The translations under genes were made by a program, and so were the position numbers. DNA of 64,000 bases from Promethearchaeia archaeon (GTDB lineage: Archaea; Asgardarchaeota; Lokiarchaeia; Sigyniarchaeales; SOKP01). The notes under the pieces were generated by a model that was not told the origin of the DNA, searched no databases, and saw only the letters and a program-made list of their open reading frames with translations. Positions 1 through 10,220 of the stretch are shown one piece after another. The stretch is from positions 160,001-224,000 of the forward strand of contig JAHQWJ010000120.1 in NCBI GenBank assembly GCA_029856125.1, given 5' to 3'. Numbering within the stretch: the first letter of the stretch is position 1; every line of letters starts with the position of its first letter.

Positions 1-144
1 TTTGATATAGCTCCTTTTGTTATTCCATTTTCAGACTTAATTCAAAAGAAAGATCGTTTAGATAAATATTCTGGCCAAGAAAACATAACTTTTGCGGATA
101 GAGATCCAGAGTATAAAAACATTTTATTATCCGAGTTCTTGTAA
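1..144 (+). CDS. 3' end of a gene truncated by the window edge (hypothetical)
   Basis: Frame 1 is open from base 1 (FDIAPFVIPF...NILLSEFL) to TAA at 142-144. Confidence 0.55.
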   Translation, partial: FDIAPFVIPFSDLIQKKDRLDKYSGQENITFADRDPEYKNILLSEFL

Positions 145-231
145 CTTATTTTTAACATAGTAGTTAATCACTAACGTAAATCCGCTTAAATTGTACATGA
201 ATAATTCAACAATCTCAATTTACTATTGTAA

Positions 232-900
232 TTATGATTTTACCCTTTTATTAGCTCTTATTAGCAAATAAAATCCGTAAAATAACGTTGTTATTAACAA
301 AATTAGTCCTGGGAACACATTAGTAGCGAATGATAGTGAAAATATATCTAAACCAAACGGAACTGCAAAACTTAAAACCATAGAAATAGTATACACGAAA
401 GAAATTGTTATTAGAACAACACCAAGAATTCTTTCCTTCCTAGCGTTTACAATACTCTTGTCAATGTAAAATAATTTAAGCTCTTTATTCCCTATTAGAG
501 CAAAAATTGCGCTAAAAATAAATCCAAAAGACGATAAACGCATAACTATATACCCGGATAATTCAAGAAATTGGCTTGCTATTAGCTGTATAATTGCAAT
601 TTTATAAATTAGATTTTTATCGTATCGATTACCAAGTTTAGCATTACGCAACTCAATAAAGGAAACTACTACTAAAAAAAACGCACAAACTACTAAAAAA
701 AGTCCCTGGATTTGTAAACCGAAATAAAACCTTGGTTCCCCAACAGGATTACGAGGAAAAAGGATATAAAATCCATAAACCCAATGAACCATGTCTCCAA
801 TATCCCAGCCTATAGCCTGAGTTACGTGAGTAGGGAAGATCAATCCACACAACGAAAAACCAAGCGACAAATAAAAGAATATCCTAATTTTCCAAGGCAT
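232..900 (-). CDS. Hypothetical multi-pass membrane protein
   Basis: 222-aa ORF with about 6 hydrophobic segments; no family recognised. Confidence 0.6.
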   Translation of the reverse strand: MPWKIRIFFYLSLGFSLCGLIFPTHVTQAIGWDIGDMVHWVYGFYILFPRNPVGEPRFYFGLQIQGLFLVVCAFFLVVVSFIELRNAKLGNRYDKNLIYKIAIIQLIASQFLELSGYIVMRLSSFGFIFSAIFALIGNKELKLFYIDKSIVNARKERILGVVLITISFVYTISMVLSFAVPFGLDIFSLSFATNVFPGLILLITTLFYGFYLLIRANKRVKS

Positions 901-1221
901 GCGCTCTCTTTCGTTCTATTAATTGTCTTATAATCTCTAATTATAGGTTGTTTTTTGTCAACTTAAATATATATCTCATAGAAAAATTTAGCTCTTCATC
1001 AATTTTTTTAGTAATATGATAATAATTACTCAGTTTTTTGTCGGTACGCGGTTTTTTGTGGTTAAACAATTTTTAACGCAAGACAACAAGTTTATAAGTA
1101 AGGAGAGCAGTCTCTAAACAAAATATTAAAATTATTTATTATTATTGAAATCTTTTCAGGTTTTTTTCCCAATAAAAACATATAAAAGGCGACAAACCTT
1201 ACTAAATTTAAAAATTGTTCA

Positions 1222-1243
1222 TTATGGGAAATAAATCCCATAA
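1222..1243. promoter_or_regulatory. Inverted repeat, candidate operator
   Basis: TTATGGGA-aataaa-TCCCATAA, perfect 8-bp arms, about 33 nt upstream of the small HTH gene. Confidence 0.35.
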
Positions 1244-1275
1244 AAAAATTAAAAAAAAATTGATGTGAATTATGA

Positions 1276-1530
1276 ATGATGTTGGAAGAAATAGATAAAA
1301 GCCCCGAGGCTGCAATAATTGCAGTAGACGAAGTATTTAAGACATACGAGCTAATGTGTTTGGATAAGTTAAAGGAAATTGGAAGATCTACAGCTCGAGA
1401 ATGGTCTTTCGCAATGGGCTACACGCATCGTAGTTCACTTGCGAAAATCATACGAAGAATCACAGAACGATACCCTGAGATGCTTAAAATCTACGATAAC
1501 AGGTTTCCGAGACTCTACGAAGCAATATAA
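1276..1530 (+). CDS. Small winged-helix (HTH) DNA-binding protein
   Basis: LDKLKEIGRSTAREWSFAMGYTHRSSLAKIIRRI looks like an HTH, followed by a wing-like LKIY...PRLYEA. Confidence 0.6.
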   Translation: MMLEEIDKSPEAAIIAVDEVFKTYELMCLDKLKEIGRSTAREWSFAMGYTHRSSLAKIIRRITERYPEMLKIYDNRFPRLYEAI

Positions 1531-1576
1531 GGTTCACTAAAGAGATGTAATCTGATATATCTTTCTGAACCTTTTT
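1531..1576 (+). terminator. 3' hairpin with T-run
   Basis: GGTTCA (1531-36) pairs with TGAACC (1566-71), inner stem present, followed by TTTTT, directly after the stop codon. Confidence 0.45.
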
Positions 1577-1651
1577 CACACATTTGATTTCGCACAAATT
1601 AGAACTTCAATTTTTTTATAAATATGAAAATCTATTAAAAGTGGTTGAAAA

Positions 1652-1885
1652 ATGATAATTAATTGTGAAAATTGTGGAATAGAGTATTCCTATGGTCGAA
1701 ATGTTTGCCATATGTGTGGAGACAATACATTATTCTTTGGTGCAATTTTTGGAGAGGAACGAACTGAACATAAATGGAGCTATGTTTCAGGTACGGACTG
1801 TATTGAGATTTTAACAGAAAAACCTGAATTGTCCAAATCTATTATAAAAGTTTTCCCGGAGAAATGGGATGGAGGTATGATGTAG
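1652..1885 (+). CDS. Small zinc-ribbon protein
   Basis: CENC-x10-CHMC; stop codon lies 1 nt before the next ATG. Confidence 0.6.
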   Translation: MIINCENCGIEYSYGRNVCHMCGDNTLFFGAIFGEERTEHKWSYVSGTDCIEILTEKPELSKSIIKVFPEKWDGGMM

Positions 1886-1886
1886 A

Positions 1887-3536
1887 ATGACAAAATTTTC
1901 GATGGTTACTCACAAAACAAGCATGATTGGTTCAAGGACAAGAGTTGAAGATTCTTGTGAATCTGGATTATGCCCGATATGTATTGCGGATTGTCCTGTG
2001 TTCTGTGAGGTCTCGAAATCAGCGTTAAGAGGTCGAGAAGCGCTATATCCTCGAAGAGAATATTTTGGAAACTCAACAGCAGGAACACCAAAAGATTTTG
2101 GTTTATCCTATGGCGATTTTCAAATTCAATTTGAAGTGCGAGGCGCTCAAGGGATCGAAGCTCATGAAGACAAGGTGATTTTCCCAAATGTGGATATGAC
2201 GATGCGTTGGGGTAATATATTACAAAAATTACCTATCGTGATCGCAGGACTTGGTAGCACTTACGTAGCTAAGCGGAATTGGGAAGGTTTAGCAATCGGG
2301 GCTGCTTTAGCAGGTGTAAGTATTACAGTTGGAGAAAATGTAGTTGGGATGGATCAATTTGCTCAATTCGCAAATCATAGCGTTTATCCTCAAGTAACTG
2401 ATACAGATGATATGAAATTTCGTGTCAACACCTATAGAGAGTTTTGGGACGGAAAGCATGGTGATATAATTGTCCAGAAAAATGTTGAAGACACGAGGCT
2501 CGGAGTATTCGATTACGTGATGTCAAAATTGGATATAGAATCACTTGAGTTGAAATTTGGTCAAGGAGCAAAAGCAATCGGAGGGGAAGTAAGGTTATCC
2601 TCTTTAGAGAGAGCACAACTGCTTCAACAACGAGGTTATTTAGTCTTTCCTGATCCCTCAGATCCAATGGTTATAGATCAATGGAACGCAGGGTTAATAC
2701 CTGACTTTGAAAGGCATAGCAGAGTAGGATTGTCCACAACTGAAGACGTTTTAGAAGAAATAGACCATGTTCGCTCGTCAGGAGCAAAAAACATATTTAT
2801 TAAAACTGGAGCTTATCGTCCAGCGGCAACAGCTTGGTTATTAAGGTTAGCAGTGGAAGGAAAGGTAGATGGAATAACATTTGACGGTGCTGGAGGAGGA
2901 ACAGGGATGAGTCCTGTGAGCATGATGAATGAAGGTTCAATTCCAACAGTTTATTTAGAAGCTCTTGTAGTTGGATGTTTAGACATGATAAAAAAGAAAA
3001 ATCCTAATGTTAATATTCCAACCGTGGCCATCGCGGGTGGAATTGCAAACGAGACGCAGATGTTCAAAGCTCTTGCCATGGGTGCACCCTATGTGAAATG
3101 TATAGCCATGGCAAGGGCTCCAATAACAGCTGCTATGAAATCTAAGTATATTGGTGAAACTATCTCAAAGGGTACGGTCACACCAGCGATGTTGAAAAGT
3201 TTAGGATTTCCCAAAGATAAGAATCCCTCGAGTTTAAGCCTTAATGAAGCTTTCGTAGAATATGATAATTTGTTGAAGATTCACAAAGGAAAAGAAATTC
3301 CTGCCTCCGCAGTTGGAGTTTATACGTATTTTGAAAGTAAGCTTGGTACTGGTTTAAAACAATTATCAGCTGGGGCTAGAAAATTCAATTTGGACCTTAT
3401 AGATCGTCATGATATCGCTTATATTACTCAGCGCGCTAAAGACGTGTGTAATAAATGGAATTTGCATGTTGAGTCTCAAGAATCTCTTGATTTTGAATTG
3501 GTAAAGAACGAGATATATTCAGGAAACTACGAATAA
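1887..3536 (+). CDS. FMN-binding glutamate synthase family protein (stand-alone archaeal-type synthase domain)
   Basis: ELKFGQGAKAIGG, IKTG, DGAGGGTG and AGGI motifs; N-terminal CPICIADCPVFC Fe-S-like motif. Confidence 0.85.
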   Translation: MTKFSMVTHKTSMIGSRTRVEDSCESGLCPICIADCPVFCEVSKSALRGREALYPRREYFGNSTAGTPKDFGLSYGDFQIQFEVRGAQGIEAHEDKVIFPNVDMTMRWGNILQKLPIVIAGLGSTYVAKRNWEGLAIGAALAGVSITVGENVVGMDQFAQFANHSVYPQVTDTDDMKFRVNTYREFWDGKHGDIIVQKNVEDTRLGVFDYVMSKLDIESLELKFGQGAKAIGGEVRLSSLERAQLLQQRGYLVFPDPSDPMVIDQWNAGLIPDFERHSRVGLSTTEDVLEEIDHVRSSGAKNIFIKTGAYRPAATAWLLRLAVEGKVDGITFDGAGGGTGMSPVSMMNEGSIPTVYLEALVVGCLDMIKKKNPNVNIPTVAIAGGIANETQMFKALAMGAPYVKCIAMARAPITAAMKSKYIGETISKGTVTPAMLKSLGFPKDKNPSSLSLNEAFVEYDNLLKIHKGKEIPASAVGVYTYFESKLGTGLKQLSAGARKFNLDLIDRHDIAYITQRAKDVCNKWNLHVESQESLDFELVKNEIYSGNYE

Positions 3537-3623
3537 CTATTTGAGAATATTAATAAAATACTATATTTTTATTTTATTTTTTTTATTTGAACTAATTCTT
3601 AGAAAAAATAAATATTAGAAAGA

Positions 3624-5435
3624 TTAATTCATTGCTTTTTCAAATTCGTTAACAAATGCTTCATATTGGTTTATCCCTAACTCCCAGAAATCTTGTTTTG
3701 TGATATCTAATCCAACTAGAGCTCCTAATTCTTCTGGAGATAAACTACCGCCTGCTGCTAGCAATTTTTTAAATTTAGGAACAAAATCTTCTCCTTCATT
3801 TTTATAAGTCTGATACAACGCATATACAAAAAGCTGAGCGTAAACATAGGGATAATTGTAGAATCGAAAATTCGGGAAAAAGTAATGCGGCTTCATTGTC
3901 CATTCCCAGTCCATCTCTTCGAACCATTCTACAGAATCTCCGTAAATTTTATCTCTTCCAGCACACCAATATTTTGAAATCGTTTTACCGTCTAAATTTT
4001 CACTCTTTTCAATAGCTTTATACAAGCCTTGTTCAAACCACACTCTCGCGCTAACTTGAAATGCTGCTTGACCTGCGTCGTCTAAAACATGTGCTAAAAT
4101 AGCTAATTTTTCTTCTTTAGAGTTAGCCTTTTCTAAGAGGAGGTCTGTCATTAATAACTCTCCAAAAGTGGATGCTGTTTCTGCAACGGTGTAACTTGGA
4201 TGAATGTTAAAATATGTTTGTTCATCAATTGCTAGATAACCATGTATTGCGTGACCAAGTTCATGTATTAACGTATAAATATCAGTAATTTCTCCAGTAT
4301 AAGTCATGAGAATATAAGCAGATTTCCCTTTAAACCAATCAGCGCAGTTTGCCCCATTCCTTTTTCCTTCTCGTGGACTAGCATCAATGTGATTACGATT
4401 AAACATATCACGCACAATTTCTACGCATTCTGAATCGAATTTTTTATATGCTTGAATTACTAATTCTTTTGCTTCATCCCAAGAATGTTTTGTATGTGGA
4501 ACATTAGGTAGTGGAGCTCTAATATCAGCACAATTTAACTTAGGAAGGTTCAAAACATCGGCTTTAAGTTTTAAATATCTACGATACACGCTTACACCCT
4601 TTTCAATAGCTTTCATTAAATTATCGATTATTAATTGCGTTGTATCATTAACTAAGAGACTATTGTGCATTGGACTATCGTACTTGCGCCTTTTAGAATT
4701 ATTTACCCAATCTCCACATATACTTCTTAGAGCTAAAGAAAACACGGTTTCCTCTTTCCCAAGTAAGCCGTAAATAGACTTGTTGGCTGATATTCGGGTT
4801 CCTCTATCAGGGTGAGTAAGTAACGAATTAGCTTCCCCGTACGATAATTCTTTATCTTCACCTTCAACATTTACTATGATTTTTCTTGTATTCAACCACT
4901 TAGACTGCAACATACTCCATGCTCTTACTCCATATTGATCCTTTTCAAGAATTAGTTGTTCTTCTAATTCAGTCAGATTATGAGGGAACTTTCTTTTAAT
5001 ATTTTCTAAAATATGTTGATAGTTCGATAAAATGGGATCATTTACTAAAACTGGAATATCATAGACATATTTCGCTACATCAAGTTCTAAAAAAGCTAGA
5101 TCCTTAGATAATTTAGTCGTATAATCTTCTACTTTGTTTTTTAAGGCTTCGCTCTCAGGAATAGTCATTTTTGCACTATATAGTCTATTCTTATAGAGGT
5201 CAAGTTCGCTTAAATCCGCTTGAAATTTCTCCTGTCTCTTGAATAAATCTAACAATTTTTGTGGAGTAAAACTATCTGAAGTAATCTTTCCTTTGTAATC
5301 GTTAATAATATTTTTTGTTTCTTTTAAGAGTCTACTCATTGTTTCAGCTATTTTTGGATCATCATGACTAGCAAAGATTTCAGTTAAATCCCATGCAATT
5401 TCGTTTTCAATCATAACAAACAAAATGTAGGTCAT
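3624..5435 (-). CDS. pepF: Oligoendopeptidase F (M3B)
   Basis: HELGH zinc motif, AETASTFGE, PHYF..FYNYPY, N-terminal WDL; the start may be ATG 5414. Confidence 0.9.
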   Translation of the reverse strand: MTYILFVMIENEIAWDLTEIFASHDDPKIAETMSRLLKETKNIINDYKGKITSDSFTPQKLLDLFKRQEKFQADLSELDLYKNRLYSAKMTIPESEALKNKVEDYTTKLSKDLAFLELDVAKYVYDIPVLVNDPILSNYQHILENIKRKFPHNLTELEEQLILEKDQYGVRAWSMLQSKWLNTRKIIVNVEGEDKELSYGEANSLLTHPDRGTRISANKSIYGLLGKEETVFSLALRSICGDWVNNSKRRKYDSPMHNSLLVNDTTQLIIDNLMKAIEKGVSVYRRYLKLKADVLNLPKLNCADIRAPLPNVPHTKHSWDEAKELVIQAYKKFDSECVEIVRDMFNRNHIDASPREGKRNGANCADWFKGKSAYILMTYTGEITDIYTLIHELGHAIHGYLAIDEQTYFNIHPSYTVAETASTFGELLMTDLLLEKANSKEEKLAILAHVLDDAGQAAFQVSARVWFEQGLYKAIEKSENLDGKTISKYWCAGRDKIYGDSVEWFEEMDWEWTMKPHYFFPNFRFYNYPYVYAQLFVYALYQTYKNEGEDFVPKFKKLLAAGGSLSPEELGALVGLDITKQDFWELGINQYEAFVNEFEKAMN

Positions 5436-5501
5436 CTAATAAATAAAAATGTTTTTAGCGAGAAAACGAATCTTCATAGATTTTTTAAGAAAGGAAAGAG
5501 G

Positions 5502-7061
5502 CTACTCATATTCAATTGTGCTTGGTGGTTTGTTAGAAATATCATACACGACTCGATTAATTCCCTTTACTTCGTTTATGATGCGAGTGCCAATTTTTTC
5601 TAGTAATTCCCAATCCAGCTTGGCAAAGTTGGCAGTCATTGCGTCTAAAGACTCGACAACTCGTATAGCACAAATATATTCATAGGTACGATAATCTCCC
5701 ATAATTCCTACAGTTTTTAGAGGTAAAAATACGCAGAATGCTTGCCAAAGACTATCGTAAATTTTTGCTTTCTTGATCTCGTCGATCAAAACCTTATCAG
5801 CGTCTCTTAAGATGTCTAGTTTTTTCTTGTCAATTGGACCAATTATTCTTACTGCTAATCCAGGGCCCGGAAATGGATGCCGTAATACAATGCTTTCGGG
5901 TAACCCTAATTGTAATCCTATTTTTCTTACCTCGTCTTTATATAACTCTTTCAGTGGCTCAATAATTTTTAATGTCATGTTATCTGGTAAGGTTAAATTA
6001 TGGTGAGATTTTATTTTTACTGATGCGTTGCTCGTAGCGCTCGTTTCTACTCGATCGGGATAAATTGTTCCCTGAGCTAAGTATTTAATATCAGGATAAA
6101 CCTTTTCTAATTCGATCGTTTTTTTTTCAAATACCTCAATAAATGTGTGGCCGATAATATGCCTTTTTTCTTCAGGATCATCAATCTTTTTTAACCTTTC
6201 TAAAAATAACCCTTCAGCGTTAACATAATGGAAGTTTTCAAATTTTAATTCTTGTTCAAATGTTTTTTTGACCTCAACAACCTCGTTTTTTCTTAAAACA
6301 CCATTATTTACAAATATACTATGTAACCGACTTCCTATCGCTTTTTGGAGCAAAATCGCAACAACGGATGAATCTACCCCCCCGCTTAAGCCTAAAATAA
6401 CTCTATTTTTCGGTCCGACTTCTTTCTTAATATTTTCAATTGATTTTTCAATCCAATTTTCTAACTTCCATTCTTTCTTCGCTTTTACAATGTTCAAAAC
6501 GAAGTTTTTCAAAATTGTAATCCCCTTTTGCGTATGGATAACTTCCGGATGAAATTGAACCCCAAATAAATTCAAACGTTCATTTGCATACGCTGCAATG
6601 GGGCAAGTACTTGTTCTTGCTAATACTTCGAAACCGTCTGGCATAGATTCGACTTGGTCACCGTGTGACATCCATACAGTCTCCCTCTTATCTAAAGATT
6701 CGAATAGTTTCTTAGGCTTGAGGATTTCTAACTCCGTTTTACCATATTCTTTTTGTTTAAATGGTTTTATTCTTCCACCTAATTGATGAATTATCAAGTG
6801 TAAACCATAACAAATCCCCAAAACAGGTATTTTTTCCTCTTTTACAAAACTAAAGAAAATTTTTGTAAGTTGTGGGCTATCCTCCTCGTAGACGCTACTA
6901 GGCCCACCAGAAAGAACAATCCCTTTTGGGTTGACTCTTTTTAATTCTTCAATAGAGACATTGTATGGTAAAATTTCGGAATATACTCCTAATTCTCTAA
7001 TACGTCTAACTATAAGGTGCGTATACTGTGAACCCATGTCTATTACGCAGATTTTATCCAT
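5502..7061 (-). CDS. guaA: GMP synthase (glutamine-hydrolysing, fused GATase + ATPPase)
   Basis: DMGSQY, GICYG, QFHPE, SGGVDS, IKSHHN, HPFPGPGL, KPPSTIEYE. Confidence 0.97.
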   Translation of the reverse strand: MDKICVIDMGSQYTHLIVRRIRELGVYSEILPYNVSIEELKRVNPKGIVLSGGPSSVYEEDSPQLTKIFFSFVKEEKIPVLGICYGLHLIIHQLGGRIKPFKQKEYGKTELEILKPKKLFESLDKRETVWMSHGDQVESMPDGFEVLARTSTCPIAAYANERLNLFGVQFHPEVIHTQKGITILKNFVLNIVKAKKEWKLENWIEKSIENIKKEVGPKNRVILGLSGGVDSSVVAILLQKAIGSRLHSIFVNNGVLRKNEVVEVKKTFEQELKFENFHYVNAEGLFLERLKKIDDPEEKRHIIGHTFIEVFEKKTIELEKVYPDIKYLAQGTIYPDRVETSATSNASVKIKSHHNLTLPDNMTLKIIEPLKELYKDEVRKIGLQLGLPESIVLRHPFPGPGLAVRIIGPIDKKKLDILRDADKVLIDEIKKAKIYDSLWQAFCVFLPLKTVGIMGDYRTYEYICAIRVVESLDAMTANFAKLDWELLEKIGTRIINEVKGINRVVYDISNKPPSTIEYE

Positions 7062-7419
7062 AGAATATTACCTACTTTGTATTGTTGATTAAGTATTTAT
7101 TAAATTGATATTGTAATTAACCTTTTCAATATAAAATATATATTGATTATCTCGTAAAAGAATATAATACATAAAAGAAAAAAGGATAAAAAATCTAATT
7201 GGATTGAATTATTGGTCTTTTAATGCCAGCCTCTCAATCCTATAGCTTCAAAAACTAATTTGAACATTCGTTTACTAAGCTGCTTGAGTTATCAATTAAT
7301 TAAAAATATAGTATTTATAGTTCAAAAAAGTAATAATTAAATGCTTATTCATAAAGCAGAACTTATACTAAATGATATTTTATTAAAATCATAGAAACTA
7401 AACTAAAGAAGAAAAAATC

Positions 7420-8670
7420 ATGAAAGAAAATTTAGATCCGTTTCAGATCTCTCAAATACAACTTTATAATGCATGTAAGATTCGAGGTTGTGATAGAGAA
7501 ATTTATAACTCTTTAAGTCAACCTGAAAGATTCGTTGAAATAAAGCTTACAATAAAGATGGATGATAATTCACTTAAAACTTTCAAGGGTTTTCGTTCTC
7601 AATACAATTCTGCTAGAGGTCCAATGAAAGGAGGTATAAGGTGGCATCCTGATGAAACTGCTGCACTTGTAAAAGCATTGAGCGCTTGGATGACATGGAA
7701 ATGCGCATGTGTAGATATTCCATTGGGGGGCGCTAAAGGTGGTATCATTTGTAATCCAAAAGAAATGAGTAATAGAGAATTAGAAGCGCTTGCAAGAAGT
7801 TATATTAGGAAAATAGCAGATTTTATAGGGCCAAGTATTGATGTTCCCGCTCCTGATGTCTATACTAACCCCCAAATTATGGCATGGATGATGGATGAAT
7901 ATGAAATAATTATACGTAAACATGCACCCTCTGTAATCACTGGAAAACCATTACCTTTAGGAGGTAGTGCTGGGCGTTCAATCGCAACGGCTAAAGGTGG
8001 ATCTTATTGCATCAGAGAAGCTGCAAAAGGTATTGGTTTAGACATAAATGGAGCAAGAGTTGTAATACAGGGATACGGAAATGCTGGTTCTTGGGCGGCT
8101 AAAATCCTGCAAGATGATTATAATTGCAAGATAATTGCGGTTTCCGATTCAAAAGGGGGTATTTACAATAAAGATGGAATTGATGCTTATTTTGCTTCGG
8201 AACATAAAGAAAAAACTTCCACGGTAGTAGGATTGAAAGGAACGCAAGAAATAACAAATAATGAAATATTGGAATTAGAATGTGATGTTTTAATTCCTTC
8301 TGCGCTTGAAAATGTAATTACACGTAAAAATTCACAAAATTTAGATTGTAAAATTATCGCGGAACTCGCAAATGGACCAACAACACCTGCAGGAGATCAA
8401 ATCTTGTTTAAAAACGATATTATTGTTATTCCTGATTTTTTATGTAATGCTGGAGGAGTTACTGTTTCTTATTTCGAAATGGTGCAAGGATATTATCAAT
8501 ACTTCTGGACTGAGGCAGAAGTATTTACTGCTTTGGATAAAATAATAACTAAAGCATATGCTTCTGTTGTTGAAAAAGCAAAAGAATATAATTCTAATTA
8601 TAGAATGGGTGCATATTTAATTGCTATTGATAGGGTTATAAATGCCATGAAATTACGTGGTTGGTTATAG
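7420..8670 (+). CDS. gdhA: Glutamate dehydrogenase (Glu/Leu/Phe/Val family), copy 1
   Basis: GPMKGGIRW, MTWK, GGAKGG, PAPD, GYGNAG, ELANGP, NAGGVTVSYFE. Confidence 0.92.
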   Translation: MKENLDPFQISQIQLYNACKIRGCDREIYNSLSQPERFVEIKLTIKMDDNSLKTFKGFRSQYNSARGPMKGGIRWHPDETAALVKALSAWMTWKCACVDIPLGGAKGGIICNPKEMSNRELEALARSYIRKIADFIGPSIDVPAPDVYTNPQIMAWMMDEYEIIIRKHAPSVITGKPLPLGGSAGRSIATAKGGSYCIREAAKGIGLDINGARVVIQGYGNAGSWAAKILQDDYNCKIIAVSDSKGGIYNKDGIDAYFASEHKEKTSTVVGLKGTQEITNNEILELECDVLIPSALENVITRKNSQNLDCKIIAELANGPTTPAGDQILFKNDIIVIPDFLCNAGGVTVSYFEMVQGYYQYFWTEAEVFTALDKIITKAYASVVEKAKEYNSNYRMGAYLIAIDRVINAMKLRGWL

Positions 8671-8871
8671 ACATAGTAGTATGATTTTTCCCTATTTTTT
8701 AAAAGCCATAATTTACACCAAAAAATGAAAAAACTATCTTTTTATTTGTTTTTAATGAACAAAAATACAATTCTTATCTACTAATAGAGTGTTTTATTAA
8801 AAATAATTTAATTTTAAATACAATATAAAATATTAACTAATCATAATAGTAATAATTTGGAGTTTAGAACT

Positions 8872-10122
8872 ATGATAATAAACCCATATGAGAGTGCTAA
8901 AAAAAAAATTGATATAGCGGCAGAATTAATTAATTTGCACCCAAATACTTTAGAATATCTAAAAAAGACAGAAAGAGCGCTCGTTGTTTCTATCCCATTA
9001 AAGATGGATGATGGTTCTCTCGAAATTTTTGAAGGTTATAGAGTTCATCATTCTACTTTACGAGGTCCAGGAAAAGGAGGAGTAAGATATGCTCCTTGGG
9101 TGACTCTTGACGAGATGAAAGCTTTAGCCCTATTGATGACGTTTAAGACTGCTTTATTAGGGTTACCTCTTGGTGGTTCTAAAGGTGGTATAAGAGTCGA
9201 TACTAAAAAACTCTCAGATCGAGAGTTAGAGACGTTAACGAGAAGATATACCATGGAAATTATAAATATGATTGGACCAGAAAAAGATGTTGCCGCACCA
9301 GACATGTATACCGACTCACGCACAATGGCTTGGATGATGGATACATATAGTATGCAAAAAGGGCGAACTATTCCTGGAGTCGTTACTGGTAAACCAATTG
9401 AGATTGGAGGCTCTATAGGGAGAGCTGACGCCCCTGGTACAGGGATGGTTTATATCTTACAGCATTTATGTCAAAAACTAAATTATGATATAAACAAAAT
9501 GAGTGTTGTAATTCAAGGATTTGGCAAAGTAGGATCTGTTGTTGCCAAGAATTTATGTAACAACTCCTGCAATGTTATAGCAATCTCTGAAGAAGAAGGA
9601 GGAATATATTCACCAGATGGTTTAGATATGGATAAATTAATTAAATGGAAACAACAAGGTAATTTGGTAAAAGAATATGAAGGTAAAAATACAAGCCCAA
9701 TTACCAATGATGAATTACTAAGCACTAAATGTGATGTTTTAATTCCTGCTGCTGTTGAAAATCAGATTTTTAGCGGAAATGCAGATAAGATAGATTGTAG
9801 AATAATATTAGAAGGCGCAAATAGTCCAACAACTTCCCAAGCAGATGCAATCCTGGAGGAAAAAGAGATAGTAGTTGTTCCAGATATTCTTGCAAATAGT
9901 GGAGGAATATGCGTATCTTATTTTGAATATATTCAAGATATGCAAAGTTATTTCTGGAAGTTAGATCGCGTTAATAGTGAAATGAAAACTATTCTTGTAG
10001 ACACATTTGAGGATATAATTAACTTTTCAAAAAAAATGAATACATCACTCCGAACGGCAGCATATGCTATTAGTACAACTCGATTAGCAAAAGCACATGA
10101 ATTGAGAGGCTTATTTCCTTAA
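8872..10122 (+). CDS. Glutamate dehydrogenase family, copy 2 (divergent motifs)
   Basis: GPGKGG, GGSKGG and APD retained, but GFGKVG, GRADAPG and EGANSP are variants; ATG 8872 follows GGAG (track start TTG 8857). Confidence 0.88.
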   Translation: MIINPYESAKKKIDIAAELINLHPNTLEYLKKTERALVVSIPLKMDDGSLEIFEGYRVHHSTLRGPGKGGVRYAPWVTLDEMKALALLMTFKTALLGLPLGGSKGGIRVDTKKLSDRELETLTRRYTMEIINMIGPEKDVAAPDMYTDSRTMAWMMDTYSMQKGRTIPGVVTGKPIEIGGSIGRADAPGTGMVYILQHLCQKLNYDINKMSVVIQGFGKVGSVVAKNLCNNSCNVIAISEEEGGIYSPDGLDMDKLIKWKQQGNLVKEYEGKNTSPITNDELLSTKCDVLIPAAVENQIFSGNADKIDCRIILEGANSPTTSQADAILEEKEIVVVPDILANSGGICVSYFEYIQDMQSYFWKLDRVNSEMKTILVDTFEDIINFSKKMNTSLRTAAYAISTTRLAKAHELRGLFP

Positions 10123-10172
10123 ATGTGAGCAATTAAGTTTATGAGAATTAAGCAGATATTATTATTATAAAG

Positions 10173-10200
10173 AATAAAATAAAATAAAATAAAATAAAAA
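10173..10200 (+). repeat. (ATAAA)n short tandem repeat
   Basis: About 5 copies of ATAAA upstream of GDH copy 3. Confidence 0.5.
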
Positions 10201-10220
10201 ATAGAAAAAAGTGTATCATA

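Noticed and set aside
10173-10200. (ATAAA)n and other A/T runs (e.g. poly-A near 47506-47519) as CRISPR or phase-variation elements
   Set aside because: Low complexity in an AT-rich genome; no spacers or cas genes. The poly-A tract fits a terminator between convergent genes.
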